From Candidatus Uhrbacteria bacterium (lineage in GTDB: Bacteria > Patescibacteriota > Patescibacteriia > 2-12-FULL-60-25), in assembly GCA_903918235.1 (NCBI GenBank), contig CAIXDN010000041.1, positions 22 through 64,021 on the forward strand: a DNA stretch of 64,000 nucleotides. Reading direction: 5' to 3'. The translations under genes were made by a program, and so were the position numbers. Positions 17,904 to 27,180 of this stretch are shown one piece after another (the stretch's first letter is position 1; each line of letters opens with the position of its first letter). The notes under the pieces are model-generated. The model did no database searches and was not told the DNA's origin. It saw only the letters and a list, made by a program, of their open reading frames with translations.

Positions 17904-18389
17904 ATGCTCATCGATTTCTTTGCGACTCTCTTGATCGGATTCTTTTGTCCGAAGCCTGTTTTTGCTGCTTCTGCGATGTTTTATGGACCAGCTCAAGTTC
18001 AACAAGGGCAAACATTTCAGGTACAACTCATGGTTGAAGATGCCTATGATGTTGATACCGTACGATTTATTGGAGCCTATGATTCTCACTCTATTGATTA
18101 TCAAGGAGCTTCCAATGGAAGCGCTCTTCCCCTGCGCTCTCCTGGGTCCTATCTCGGAAATGGCGTTATTAATTTCGGTGGATTTTCTTTAGGTGATACT
18201 GCCTATGGAAACGTTCCTATCGCGACCCTTACATTTACCGCTTTAAAATTGGGTGTCACTCATCTTTCTTTCACTAATGGAACTCGTGTTCTCGCGTATG
18301 GTAATGACCAATTAACCTATTCTGGTTCATTAGATATTACGGTTGTTCCAAAGCGCCTCAGATCGAGAAAAATTTCCTCTGTTAAATAA
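17904..18389 (+). CDS. Secreted cohesin-domain-like protein
   Basis: MLIDFFATLLIGFFCPKPVFAASA signal-like N-terminus, then an all-beta pattern typical of cohesin modules (QTFQVQLMVE...VDTVRFIGAYD...IDYQG...GVINFGGFS...GNVPIATLTFTALKLGVTHLSF). The ORF track starts at a TTG at 17877. Confidence 0.5.
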   Translation: MLIDFFATLLIGFFCPKPVFAASAMFYGPAQVQQGQTFQVQLMVEDAYDVDTVRFIGAYDSHSIDYQGASNGSALPLRSPGSYLGNGVINFGGFSLGDTAYGNVPIATLTFTALKLGVTHLSFTNGTRVLAYGNDQLTYSGSLDITVVPKRLRSRKISSVK

Positions 18390-18439
18390 AGGTCTCTAGG
18401 GGTTGACAGATTCGCTTTTTTCTGATTAAGTTATTTGTC

Positions 18440-18828
18440 CGCTTATCAGCGGATCGTCCGCCTAAACTAGGCTTGATGGTTGGCACTGAGCCCGTAAGCT
18501 CAGCATCGCCGTTTGGCTTAGTGTAAATGCCCGTACAAGGCGAATGACATCTTCGGGCAGGAAGATGATCATCATGGCAACTACGTCACATTCCGGTTCA
18601 CACTCTCATCGAATTCATACGCAAGAGCAGCTGCTTTTGCGTTCTACTGATGAACTTCTACGGCATTTTTGTACTCTTTGGACTGGTTTTGGCGGATTGC
18701 GCGCTCCTGATGCACCTTATCTCATGCTCTGCCCAAGCGTGAGATCTTACGGGTAAGTATCATAAGCAAATGTAAAGACTCTCAAAAAAACAAGCCTCGA
18801 TCGAGCTGGACTCGAACGAGGCTTTTTT
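18440..18828 (+). ncRNA. Candidate non-coding transcript or leader plus 60-aa small ORF (unknown class)
   Basis: TTGACA (18403-18408) with TAAGTT 18 nt downstream. Several 6-7-bp hairpins (TCCGCT/AGCGGA, CTGAGC/GCTCAG, CATCTTC/GAAGATG). The only ORF has no family (MATTSHSGSHSHRIH..., AGGAAG 9 nt upstream). Ends at the bidirectional terminator 18792-18828. Confidence 0.25.
18792..18828. terminator. Bidirectional intrinsic terminator
   Basis: A-tract, AAGCCTCG...CGAGGCTT hairpin, then TTTTTT. Serves the plus-strand unit and the minus-strand TrmB-like gene. Confidence 0.7.
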
Positions 18829-18833
18829 CTCTC

Positions 18834-19616
18834 TTATTTTTTCTTTCCCCAATCTGCTGGTGGCGTCCAAGCGATGGCACAACTCCATGCCATTTCATAA
18901 AGCGCTTTCATCACCTCTGCGATATCGGCACTATCGATAATGACACCCATACCTCGTGAACGATGCGACAAAATATAGACACGTGTACCGACGATCCCCA
19001 GGTCACCAGTGAATGGAAGTTTTTTATAATCGATCTCACGGACTTCGACCCCTTCTCTATCAAAATATGGAACTTCAAATCCTGGTTTTACACTGATCAG
19101 CGCACGACCATGTAAGGCTTTTGATTTTTCTATGCGATGCTCTGGTTCAATGTTTACCAGATCAAGCATCATTTCATCGACGGCATAAAGCTCCCAGATC
19201 GGCTCACGACTAAGAGCGATCTCCTCGCGAATACTTACAAGGCCAGCATCACCCTCAAAAAATCGGACGCGTGGCTTGTCTTCTACCGCGTTGAAGATTG
19301 CCATGAGACGAGGAAGCGTCTGTGACAGTCGGTCGCGCTTTGCCTCCAGGAGACCCATATGTTCACTGACGATCGACATCAACTTTCCTGGGTTTTCTGC
19401 GGCAAAGACAATCTTTTTTCCTTTTTCAAATGTAGAAACAAGACCGTGTTTTTTTAAGCCCTCGACCATGACATAGGTTGTTGATCGATTTACACCGGCG
19501 CGTTTTGAAATATCTTGGACGCTACTTGGACCGAGTTCAAGCATTGCAAGATAGACGTCTGCTTCTTTATCGGACAATCCGAGTTCATTTAGTCCTGCTT
19601 TGATATCTTCCAGCAT
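18834..19616 (-). CDS. TrmB-family transcriptional regulator
   Basis: From the internal ATG at 19616: MLEDIKAGLNELGLSDKEADVYLAMLELGPSSVQDISKRAGVNRSTTYVMVEGLKKHGLV, a TrmB-type wHTH. The longer track ORF would overlap the upstream GT gene. Confidence 0.75.
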   Translation of the reverse strand: MLEDIKAGLNELGLSDKEADVYLAMLELGPSSVQDISKRAGVNRSTTYVMVEGLKKHGLVSTFEKGKKIVFAAENPGKLMSIVSEHMGLLEAKRDRLSQTLPRLMAIFNAVEDKPRVRFFEGDAGLVSIREEIALSREPIWELYAVDEMMLDLVNIEPEHRIEKSKALHGRALISVKPGFEVPYFDREGVEVREIDYKKLPFTGDLGIVGTRVYILSHRSRGMGVIIDSADIAEVMKALYEMAWSCAIAWTPPADWGKKK

Positions 19617-19627
19617 ATGGCGAGATT

Positions 19628-20752
19628 CTACCACGTTGTAAGGATTTGCAATGTCTGCCTTGCCACCTTGTCCCAACGGAAACGAGGTACCCAAGCGAGA
19701 CCTCTCTCACGCAAACTCTGTTGCACCTCTACGTTTTCAACGATTGTCTTGATGTGCGCGTGGAGCGCCTCTACATCCGTCGGCTCAAAAAAGAGCGCAT
19801 TCCCTTCTCCAATAACCTCTGGTAATGAAGCGGCGTTTGATGAAATAACAGGGGTACCGCAGGCCATCGCCTCTAGTGGTGGTAATCCAAAACCCTCATA
19901 GAGTGAAGGCTGGATGTATGCTAATGCCCCAGACAGTAGCGCTACTTTATCCTTCTCAGAAATATATCCCGTGATGTGTACGCACTCTCCGTATCCTGAG
20001 GCAAAAACTGCTTTCACAATTTCCTCAAAACCCTCCCCTGGTAAACCAGCGAGAACCAGTTGGACCATGTCAAGCGTTCCATGCGCTTGTTTATATCGAG
20101 TAAAGGCCTCTACAAGAAGCAAGATATTTTTTTTCGTTTCTAATCTCCCTACGAAGAGGAGATACGGGCCTGTGATCTGTAAGCGTGCTCGCATCTCATC
20201 GATCGACGCTTGTGCTGACGGCTTATAGGTTTCATGATCGACGCCAAGATGTGTTACAAAGATACGATCAGCAGAGACATTATAGCTCTCTACAATTTCC
20301 CGTTTGCAAAACTCAGACACCGTGATGATTTTTGCATCTGATCTTATAATATCGCGCGTTGACCACTCGTGGTAATCAACTTGCCTCGGTTTATACAGCT
20401 CCGGATGTATGTGAAACCCGATATCGTGAATGGTTACAACGGAACGTTTTGGTGCAAACCGTGGCAAAACATGCGCGGGAACAAACAATACTTCTGGTGG
20501 CTTTTGTAACATCTCTAACGATAATCTTAGCTGTGTCCAGAGATACTTTGGTGGCCAGGACAAACGGCGTTCATGCCAATTTTTTGGTAAACGCTCAAGG
20601 CCCATCGAGAGAGGGTCATTGGCATACATAATCCATGCATGTTGATTTTGCATGGGGTCTTGCTTCATCGCCTGAATGAGACGATAGGCATACCATTCAA
20701 CGCCGGTCTTTTGGAGACGGTTTGCGCGTGAGGCTTCTATTCCGATAAGCAT
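19628..20752 (-). CDS. Glycosyltransferase family 4
   Basis: 374 aa with the C-terminal E-x7-E region YIQPSLYEGFGLPPLEAMACGTPVISSNAASLPEVIG. Confidence 0.85.
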   Translation of the reverse strand: MLIGIEASRANRLQKTGVEWYAYRLIQAMKQDPMQNQHAWIMYANDPLSMGLERLPKNWHERRLSWPPKYLWTQLRLSLEMLQKPPEVLFVPAHVLPRFAPKRSVVTIHDIGFHIHPELYKPRQVDYHEWSTRDIIRSDAKIITVSEFCKREIVESYNVSADRIFVTHLGVDHETYKPSAQASIDEMRARLQITGPYLLFVGRLETKKNILLLVEAFTRYKQAHGTLDMVQLVLAGLPGEGFEEIVKAVFASGYGECVHITGYISEKDKVALLSGALAYIQPSLYEGFGLPPLEAMACGTPVISSNAASLPEVIGEGNALFFEPTDVEALHAHIKTIVENVEVQQSLRERGLAWVPRFRWDKVARQTLQILTTW

Positions 20753-20766
20753 AGCTCTATCTTACA

Positions 20767-21444
20767 TCATTTTTTGATAATCATAATCAACCTTGGACTT
20801 GAAACGGAATATGGTTGAAATTGATAATCTCCAATGACGCGCTCTATGCGTAGACCTGCTTCCTTGAGCCAAGCCTGCCATTGGAAAAAGACTGGATAAG
20901 GAATAACTGAGTCATGTTCTGTATCCATCAATTCCATCCGCTGCGCATCAAATACTAAACTTGATTTTTTATGCTTTTCTAGGAAGCTTAAAAGACGAAA
21001 AATGCTGTCCGTATCCAACAGTAGACGACCACCGACCTCAAGATTGCGACTTATCGCTTGCAATGCTTTTGGTAAATCTATATCCGCTAAGTCAGAGAAG
21101 AACCAGTACGCATATGTATATTTTTTCTTTCCTACAAACTTTTTTATATCCGACCGATAAAATGTTGGCTGTATTTTTAGTGATTTGTCGGTCGTTTTTT
21201 TTGCCATTGCTAAGAAGTAGGAAGAGAAATCAACGCCATCTACTGAATACCCTCGCCTTGTGAATCCGTGAACGTGTCGCCCTTGGCCACACGCGATATC
21301 TAAAACGGGTTTGTGCTTTTTTATCCCAAGAGCTTTTACAATAAAGTCTAGATCTTTTTGAAGATCTGCCTGCTGCAAATACAGCGCATGTTCATGCAAA
21401 TATTCCCCTTGTTTTCCGTAATACTTTTTTGAACCTTTTTGCAT
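20767..21444 (-). CDS. Class I SAM-dependent methyltransferase
   Basis: SAM-binding motif I VLDIACGQGRHVHGFTRRGYSVDGVDFS. Start taken at the internal M (MQKGSKKYYG), because the 5' extension overlaps the divergent gene and its promoter. Confidence 0.75.
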   Translation of the reverse strand: MQKGSKKYYGKQGEYLHEHALYLQQADLQKDLDFIVKALGIKKHKPVLDIACGQGRHVHGFTRRGYSVDGVDFSSYFLAMAKKTTDKSLKIQPTFYRSDIKKFVGKKKYTYAYWFFSDLADIDLPKALQAISRNLEVGGRLLLDTDSIFRLLSFLEKHKKSSLVFDAQRMELMDTEHDSVIPYPVFFQWQAWLKEAGLRIERVIGDYQFQPYSVSSPRLIMIIKK

Positions 21445-21515
21445 AGAGATTTGTTCTATATATTGACATTTTTGTATCCGTCGGGTTTGATATTGGTTCC
21501 AGATAAGGGGGTCAA

Positions 21516-22004
21516 ATGTCTGCAGAGACCTTGGTACAGGCACTCCTGGGTGCACGACGTGCTAGTCAGTATATCTTCTCACTCTCCTCCGGGGAATTTG
21601 AGCAGTATCTTGAGAGTCATACGATCCCAAGTTTTATCGCTTCTGGCGATAGCTCTGATGTTTATCTCAACGCAGCGGTCGGACTTCACCCGATCATTTA
21701 CCTGGAACACGGCGTGTCCTTTGAAAGCGACGTTCCAGAGAAAGACGTGCTCTTTTGCCTCGACCTTGTTCGTCGCAATGCGCTCCCTTCTCCCAAGGTG
21801 CTTGTCGCCTTTGCCGATGAACGTCAGTGTCGAGCCCTTCGGCGTAGTATTCGCATGATGTGTATCGCACGCGCAGAACCGAGCAAAGTGTTGCTCACCC
21901 CAAATTTTACGCGATTTGTCTATGACTGTCGCGCTGGTGAGCGCTGGGTGGAAATCTACTTTGCCAAAGAGCCGATTCCCACTTCCAGTCAGATGAGCGT
22001 GTAG
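21516..22004 (+). CDS. Hypothetical protein (162 aa)
   Basis: ATG preceded by AAGGGGG. TTGACA-17 nt-TTTGAT promoter upstream (a closer -10 match, GATATT, sits 3 nt further at 20-nt spacing). Terminator hairpin at 22033-22066. No family recognised. Confidence 0.55.
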   Translation: MSAETLVQALLGARRASQYIFSLSSGEFEQYLESHTIPSFIASGDSSDVYLNAAVGLHPIIYLEHGVSFESDVPEKDVLFCLDLVRRNALPSPKVLVAFADERQCRALRRSIRMMCIARAEPSKVLLTPNFTRFVYDCRAGERWVEIYFAKEPIPTSSQMSV

Positions 22005-22076
22005 CCCCTTGTCGCTCATGCGATCTATCTAAAAGCCGCCCCACAACTTGGGAGCGGCTTTTCTTGTTGTCACTCC

Positions 22077-22427
22077 CTAACCACATGTATTAAACCAACA
22101 TGTCGTATCGACGAGATACCCAAAACGGAATGCGAGATACAGAAGTGTCGTCGAAAGTAATGCCGCCGCTAATCCCACAAGTGTCATCTTTCCAACATTC
22201 GTGAAGAATTCTGCCCCTCGCATTATTGCTGTCTGCATTGCCGTGTCTCGTTCCTGACGCTTTCCTCGTAATTGATAAACAACGATGACAAACACCGCGA
22301 GTATCGATTTTATCCCCGGCGATCCCCATTTATATTCCGATGCGAAGATCAAAAATAGCGACATTCCAATCCAACCGATCAGAAATATTTGTATTAAGAG
22401 CGTCAAATCTAATATAACTGGTTCCAT
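22077..22427 (-). CDS. Hypothetical integral membrane protein (116 aa, 4 predicted TM)
   Basis: Hydrophobic segments throughout; no family recognised. Confidence 0.5.
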   Translation of the reverse strand: MEPVILDLTLLIQIFLIGWIGMSLFLIFASEYKWGSPGIKSILAVFVIVVYQLRGKRQERDTAMQTAIMRGAEFFTNVGKMTLVGLAAALLSTTLLYLAFRFGYLVDTTCWFNTCG

Positions 22428-22468
22428 ATTACAAAACCATTATACACAAAAGAACTAGAAAGCGGTTT

Positions 22469-23473
22469 CTAAGCCGAGAAAATACTTCTCTTGTAGAGTT
22501 CCAAATTTTCCAAAGCGATACCCGTTCCTTTTGCCACGCATTGTTGTGGGTTGTCGGCGACGAAGGCTGGGACGCCGGTGGCTTCTGAGAAGAGGCGATC
22601 CAAGTTGCGGAGCTGAGAGGAACCGCCGGAGAGAACCATGCCCTTTTGCATGACGTCGGCAGAGAGCTCTGGTGGCGTGGCGCGAAGAACGTCTTTGATT
22701 GCTTCTACGATTCCTTGAAGCTCATGTTGAACAGCGTCGGTGACGTCATCGGATGTGACGGTGACAATTCTTGGGAGTCCGGAAATCATATCACGGCCTT
22801 TTACCTCGAGCTCGAGCTTATCTTCCAGATACAATGCTGATCCGATTTTGATCTTAATTTCTTCTGCTGTACGTTCTCCGACGGCTAGGCCGTGTTTACG
22901 ACGAACATGTTCCTGAATCGCGGCGTCGAGTTTGTTGCCGCCAATACGAACGGAGGAAGATGCAACAATACCACCAAGAGAAATGACGGCGATTTCTGAT
23001 GTTCCTCCACCGATATCAATAATCATGTGACCGGAAGCGGAACCAATTGGAATATCGGCGCCGATTGCGGCAACGACTGGCTCTTTAATGATATACGCAG
23101 CACGAGCACCAGCAGAGATCGTCGCGTCGATTACGGCACGACGCTCGGTTGAGGTGATTCCGCCCGGAACAGCAACCATGACCTCTGGTCGGAATAAACG
23201 TACGCCTCCAAGTGCCTTGTTGATGAAGTATCGAAGCATGGCTTCTGTGGTGCGATAGTCGGCGATGACGCCGTCTTTCAAGGGGCGCTTGGCTACGATG
23301 CTGTCTGGAGTGCGTCCGATCATTTCTTTTGCCTCTTTTCCAACAGCCAAGACTTTTCTATCGGCAATCGAAATAGCAACCACGGAAGGCTCATTGATAA
23401 TAATGCCTCTTTTAGGGATGTAGACGAGAACCGTTGTTGTGCCAAGGTCAATCCCGATTTTTTTGCCGAACAT
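22469..23473 (-). CDS. mreB: Rod-shape determining actin homolog MreB
   Basis: MFGKKIGIDLGTTTVLVY..., IIDIGGGTSEIAVISLGG and VLSGGSSQLRNLDRL are diagnostic MreB/actin-fold motifs. Confidence 0.93.
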   Translation of the reverse strand: MFGKKIGIDLGTTTVLVYIPKRGIIINEPSVVAISIADRKVLAVGKEAKEMIGRTPDSIVAKRPLKDGVIADYRTTEAMLRYFINKALGGVRLFRPEVMVAVPGGITSTERRAVIDATISAGARAAYIIKEPVVAAIGADIPIGSASGHMIIDIGGGTSEIAVISLGGIVASSSVRIGGNKLDAAIQEHVRRKHGLAVGERTAEEIKIKIGSALYLEDKLELEVKGRDMISGLPRIVTVTSDDVTDAVQHELQGIVEAIKDVLRATPPELSADVMQKGMVLSGGSSQLRNLDRLFSEATGVPAFVADNPQQCVAKGTGIALENLELYKRSIFSA

Positions 23474-23525
23474 AGATACTAATGTTCTTACAGAACCGGA
23501 AGACTTGGGTCAATGCCGTGTTTTT

Positions 23526-24209
23526 TTAAGAACGAGAAAGCCATATCTGAATTGCCTGTTTCTTTCTTTCCATTGTTCCCGCTTCATCAAGCGTGTCTAA
23601 CAGCTCGCTAAGCGTCTTGTTTGCTGATGTGAGCTGGTCGACAAATGGTGTGACCGTCGCTCGCATAGATGGAACGAGCTCGTCTTGCGGAATCCGATTC
23701 CAACCATCGATCGCGATCGCTATCTTTTCACGCGCGAGTCGCAACTTTGGCAATGAACTAATGATCTGCTCACCTATTCTCTCTTTCTCTTCCTGTGGGA
23801 GGGTTTTATACGGAGCTCTCATCGAGCGCTGGACCTCTGCTGCTACGCTGGCTATATCGTATAATCCATCGATTGCCGAGGAGCCTGAGCGCTCTCCTTG
23901 CTCAAGTCCTTTTATATAGGTCCCGAACCATGGTGCTGACTGCCAGCTTTTCATGGCCATGAGACCATTATGAATCTCATTCAAATCATTTTTTGCATTT
24001 GCTAAATCTGCTTCTGCATTCATTGCATTGCGTACGTTTATCTCTGCCTCTGTCATCTGCAGGCGCTCTTGCAGCATCATTGCGGATCTCCCAGCAATAA
24101 TCGTTCCATAGACCAGCGGCGAGATTATGACGAGCGTGACAATAACGCACGTTATTCCCATGCCAATAATTATTCGCTTTATTGATGTCTTTGCGGTTGA
24201 GGACTCCAT
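23526..24209 (-). CDS. Hypothetical membrane-anchored protein (227 aa)
   Basis: One N-terminal TM (IIIGMGITCVIVTLVIISPLVYG) followed by a helical domain; no family recognised. Confidence 0.5.
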   Translation of the reverse strand: MESSTAKTSIKRIIIGMGITCVIVTLVIISPLVYGTIIAGRSAMMLQERLQMTEAEINVRNAMNAEADLANAKNDLNEIHNGLMAMKSWQSAPWFGTYIKGLEQGERSGSSAIDGLYDIASVAAEVQRSMRAPYKTLPQEEKERIGEQIISSLPKLRLAREKIAIAIDGWNRIPQDELVPSMRATVTPFVDQLTSANKTLSELLDTLDEAGTMERKKQAIQIWLSRS

Positions 24210-24214
24210 ATGTT

Positions 24215-25054
24215 TTATTCTACCGCTTTTCCCCGTGGACTAGGCGAACTCAAGTGTTTCAAAAAATATTTAATCCCGCTCTCGACATGAATGCGCGCTA
24301 ATTTATTCGTCAAGAATTCCCAAGGAAATCGGATGCGGCTTTCACGGCCATAGTAATGCATAAATGATGCAACAGGCGTATAGGATACACGGTAGCCCGC
24401 GGTCCAGGCACGCCGACAGATATCCGCTTCCTCAAAATACATGAAAAACCGAGGATCAAAGTAACCGATAGAATCCAGAACCGATTTACGAATCAACATC
24501 GCCGCACCAAGCACCCAATCAACATCTTGTTCTTGCGCACGATCCATTTCCTTCATCGTATACCGCTCTAATAACTTACGCGCAAAAGGTAATCGACCAA
24601 TAACTGTACGTCGAAGCACTGGCGTTATAATGCTTGGAAATTGATAGCACGACTCTTGGTCGCTCCCATCAGGATTCAACACACGAGGACCGCTAATACC
24701 GATGTCTGGACGGGCCTCCATCCACTCTACCCAAGATTCTACCTCGCTAGGGAATACCGTGAGATCTGGATTGAATAGCATTACATATGTTCCCTTTGCT
24801 TCCGCTAATGCCAAATTATTTCCTGCGCCGAATCCAACATTTCTCGGACTTTCAATGATGCGTACCCATGGGAATCGTTCACGAACCATCTCGACGGTTC
24901 CATCGCCAGAAGCGTTGTCTACCAAAAGATATTCAAATGGGAATTGAAATAACGCCTCCTCAACACCCTTTAGCAAATGCCGGATGTGATGTGGAGTTCT
25001 ATAGTTAACGGTAACAAAGGTTATGAGTGGTTTGCGCGTCTGGTCCATACCCAT
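24215..25054 (-). CDS. Glycosyltransferase family 2
   Basis: From the internal M: MGMDQTRKPLITFVTVNYRTP...LLVDNASGDGT...NVGFGAGNN...NPD, the classic GT-A/GT2 rhamnosyltransferase-like pattern. Confidence 0.8.
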   Translation of the reverse strand: MGMDQTRKPLITFVTVNYRTPHHIRHLLKGVEEALFQFPFEYLLVDNASGDGTVEMVRERFPWVRIIESPRNVGFGAGNNLALAEAKGTYVMLFNPDLTVFPSEVESWVEWMEARPDIGISGPRVLNPDGSDQESCYQFPSIITPVLRRTVIGRLPFARKLLERYTMKEMDRAQEQDVDWVLGAAMLIRKSVLDSIGYFDPRFFMYFEEADICRRAWTAGYRVSYTPVASFMHYYGRESRIRFPWEFLTNKLARIHVESGIKYFLKHLSSPSPRGKAVE

Positions 25055-25689
25055 TTCCAATACCTCAAAAAACCTGGACTGGCAAGCGTAGCGCCAGGCT
25101 GAAGCCACACGGTTGCTTCTTCAATTTCCCTCCCTTTTGCACCAGCTTCACTTAATCGCCAGACAAAATCCTGCATCGTTAAGTCGTTATTTCTGCGAGC
25201 GTCTGGTCGCAATAATCCGAGGTCTTTTGCACGTATGATCAGGCAAGCAGCCGCATAGTCTTCTTGACGCTTCATCAGAACACGATCATCTCCAAGAAGA
25301 AGTCCCCCATCGCTTGATTCCGGATCATGTACTGCCTTTGCGAATGATGGCCATGCGTAAATCAATGCATCATCTTTTCTGAATTCCTCAATAAACACCT
25401 CTATCGTATTTTGAGCAAAAATCAAATCGTTCTGACACAATATATAGAACTCGGCGCCGGAAGCAAGCTCAATCGCCTGAGACATTGAGCGTGCAAGACT
25501 TTGTCGACGCACGTTTCTCAAGACATACACAGGAGGTTCAAATGTCGTAGACCTGTTTCCGCTATTATCGACAACGACTACTTGCCAATCCTGTACTGTT
25601 TGCATCGCTAAGCTTTCCAAAAATTTAGGTAAACGCGTTGTAAGGTCGTCAGAAGTAACGTGGATAGAAACACGCTTGGACATAAGCAT
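25021..25689 (-). CDS. Glycosyltransferase family 2-like protein
   Basis: VSIHVTS...FLESLAMQTVQDWQVVVVDNSGN resembles a GT2 N-terminus. Overlaps the next GT2 gene by about 30 nt. Confidence 0.55.
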   Translation of the reverse strand: MLMSKRVSIHVTSDDLTTRLPKFLESLAMQTVQDWQVVVVDNSGNRSTTFEPPVYVLRNVRRQSLARSMSQAIELASGAEFYILCQNDLIFAQNTIEVFIEEFRKDDALIYAWPSFAKAVHDPESSDGGLLLGDDRVLMKRQEDYAAACLIIRAKDLGLLRPDARRNNDLTMQDFVWRLSEAGAKGREIEEATVWLQPGATLASPGFLRYWKWVWTRRANHS

Positions 25690-25695
25690 ATATTC

Positions 25696-27180
25696 TTAGG
25701 AAATTTTTCGTTTTTTTGAAACGTTAAATCCAAGATACTTTCCAAACATCATACGCGTTTGTGCGTCGATGGCAGGGAGCGCTCCAAATAATACAACTGT
25801 CACCGGGAGCAGTGTCCACTGCAAGAGGAATATTGCGGCTGCGTAGGGACGTGAATAATGCTTAGGGCGCGGCGGAAGCAGTGTCAGCGCTAAACCCGCA
25901 GAAATAAATAAACCGATCATGGAGAAACGCATCAACCATTGCAAAGTAAACGGCGTATTTTGAAATACAGCGAAAGAGCGTAATTGCTCTGGAGCAGCCC
26001 AGAATGGAAGATATCCAAGGATAAGAATAATGATCGGCGCTGTTGCCCATGTATACATTCCTTCTACCTGCTTAAAGAGCCACGCAATTTTTGTACCCAA
26101 TGGCATTTCTTTGTCATCACGGAATGCTTCTACCATGTAGGGAAAGTTCTCTACGCCCCAAGCCCAGCGACGCAATTGCTTATACAATGCTTTTAGCGCA
26201 GGGATGTACTCACCTGTCATTACGGTGTCCATAGATACGGGCAAGTGCACTGGCGTTACACGATATTGACCATGGTAATGAACAAGTCCCTGCAAAAAAA
26301 TATGCGAATCTTCTGAGACCATATTCTTTTCCCAATATCCCACATCCATCAACATACGAAGTGACATTGAATGCGATGAGAATGTCATCATTCCCTCTGG
26401 ACGAGAGAGTTCTGTCATCAACCAAAACGTTGTACCAAACATGGCTACGCGCACCGCTGCTGGAGATTCCCAAAGGTTGTTATTATAGAGAGCTACAGGC
26501 TGATACGAGCTTCTTGTTGGCTCGGCTACGGTCAAAAAATGCCAACTCAATGCTGAGAAATATTGTGGGTGAACCATTGTGTCTACATCAAAGGATGAGA
26601 CAATCGTTTTGTCTGGATCCATGCCATTCGCGACAAGCTGAGGAACGATTTGTTTTGCCGAGTAGTTTAAGTTGGAGCCCTTTCCCGGAATTTCATCCGG
26701 CAAATTCTTTGGGTGCATCGTCGTATACAATCCGCCAAATTGCTTTTCAAATTGTGGCACAAGGTCCGCGACGACGGACTGGAAATTCTCTGCATCACGC
26801 TCTTCACCAGCTAGCACGATTATCATGCGTTTCGCAGGATACGAACATTGTAGAAGTGAGTGAAGTGTTTCGCGTACAACCCCCTTCTCTTCCTTATATG
26901 TCGGCAGAAAAACTAGATGTCGAATCTCATTATATCCATCTAAGAAGCTTACGTCATGCTGCCAGTCACGCTTTAGTGCAAGTCGATAGAGCCACCAAGA
27001 CCACAGTAAGAATGGGATAAAATAGATGATGCGCAAGAGCCAGTACAAATCAAACACCATGATGAAATATACCATCCAGAGCGGCTTGATAAAGGAAAGC
27101 AGTACAGAAAGAATTAACGTCGTCCATACGAGAGCGCCGGGAATAATTTCTAGGAAGCGTTGGAAGCGAGTGCGTTTCAT
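25696..27180 (-). CDS. Membrane-embedded GT2-type (processive, cellulose-synthase-like) glycosyltransferase
   Basis: 494 aa with N-terminal TMs, a cytoplasmic GT-A core (VFLPTYKEEKGVVRETLHSLLQCSYP...IIVLAGEERD), a QLRRWAWG-type motif (QxxRW) and C-terminal TMs. Confidence 0.7.
   Translation of the reverse strand: MKRTRFQRFLEIIPGALVWTTLILSVLLSFIKPLWMVYFIMVFDLYWLLRIIYFIPFLLWSWWLYRLALKRDWQHDVSFLDGYNEIRHLVFLPTYKEEKGVVRETLHSLLQCSYPAKRMIIVLAGEERDAENFQSVVADLVPQFEKQFGGLYTTMHPKNLPDEIPGKGSNLNYSAKQIVPQLVANGMDPDKTIVSSFDVDTMVHPQYFSALSWHFLTVAEPTRSSYQPVALYNNNLWESPAAVRVAMFGTTFWLMTELSRPEGMMTFSSHSMSLRMLMDVGYWEKNMVSEDSHIFLQGLVHYHGQYRVTPVHLPVSMDTVMTGEYIPALKALYKQLRRWAWGVENFPYMVEAFRDDKEMPLGTKIAWLFKQVEGMYTWATAPIIILILGYLPFWAAPEQLRSFAVFQNTPFTLQWLMRFSMIGLFISAGLALTLLPPRPKHYSRPYAAAIFLLQWTLLPVTVVLFGALPAIDAQTRMMFGKYLGFNVSKKRKIS

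Noticed and set aside
18390-18833. Identity of the two gap regions as RNase P RNA, tmRNA, SRP RNA or a known riboswitch
   Set aside because: The diagnostic cores are absent by eye. These include GAGGAAAGTCC and ACAGAA for RNase P, the tRNA-like ends and tag ORF for tmRNA, and TPP/SAM/glycine/preQ1/c-di-GMP signature strings. The same holds for 16597-16945.
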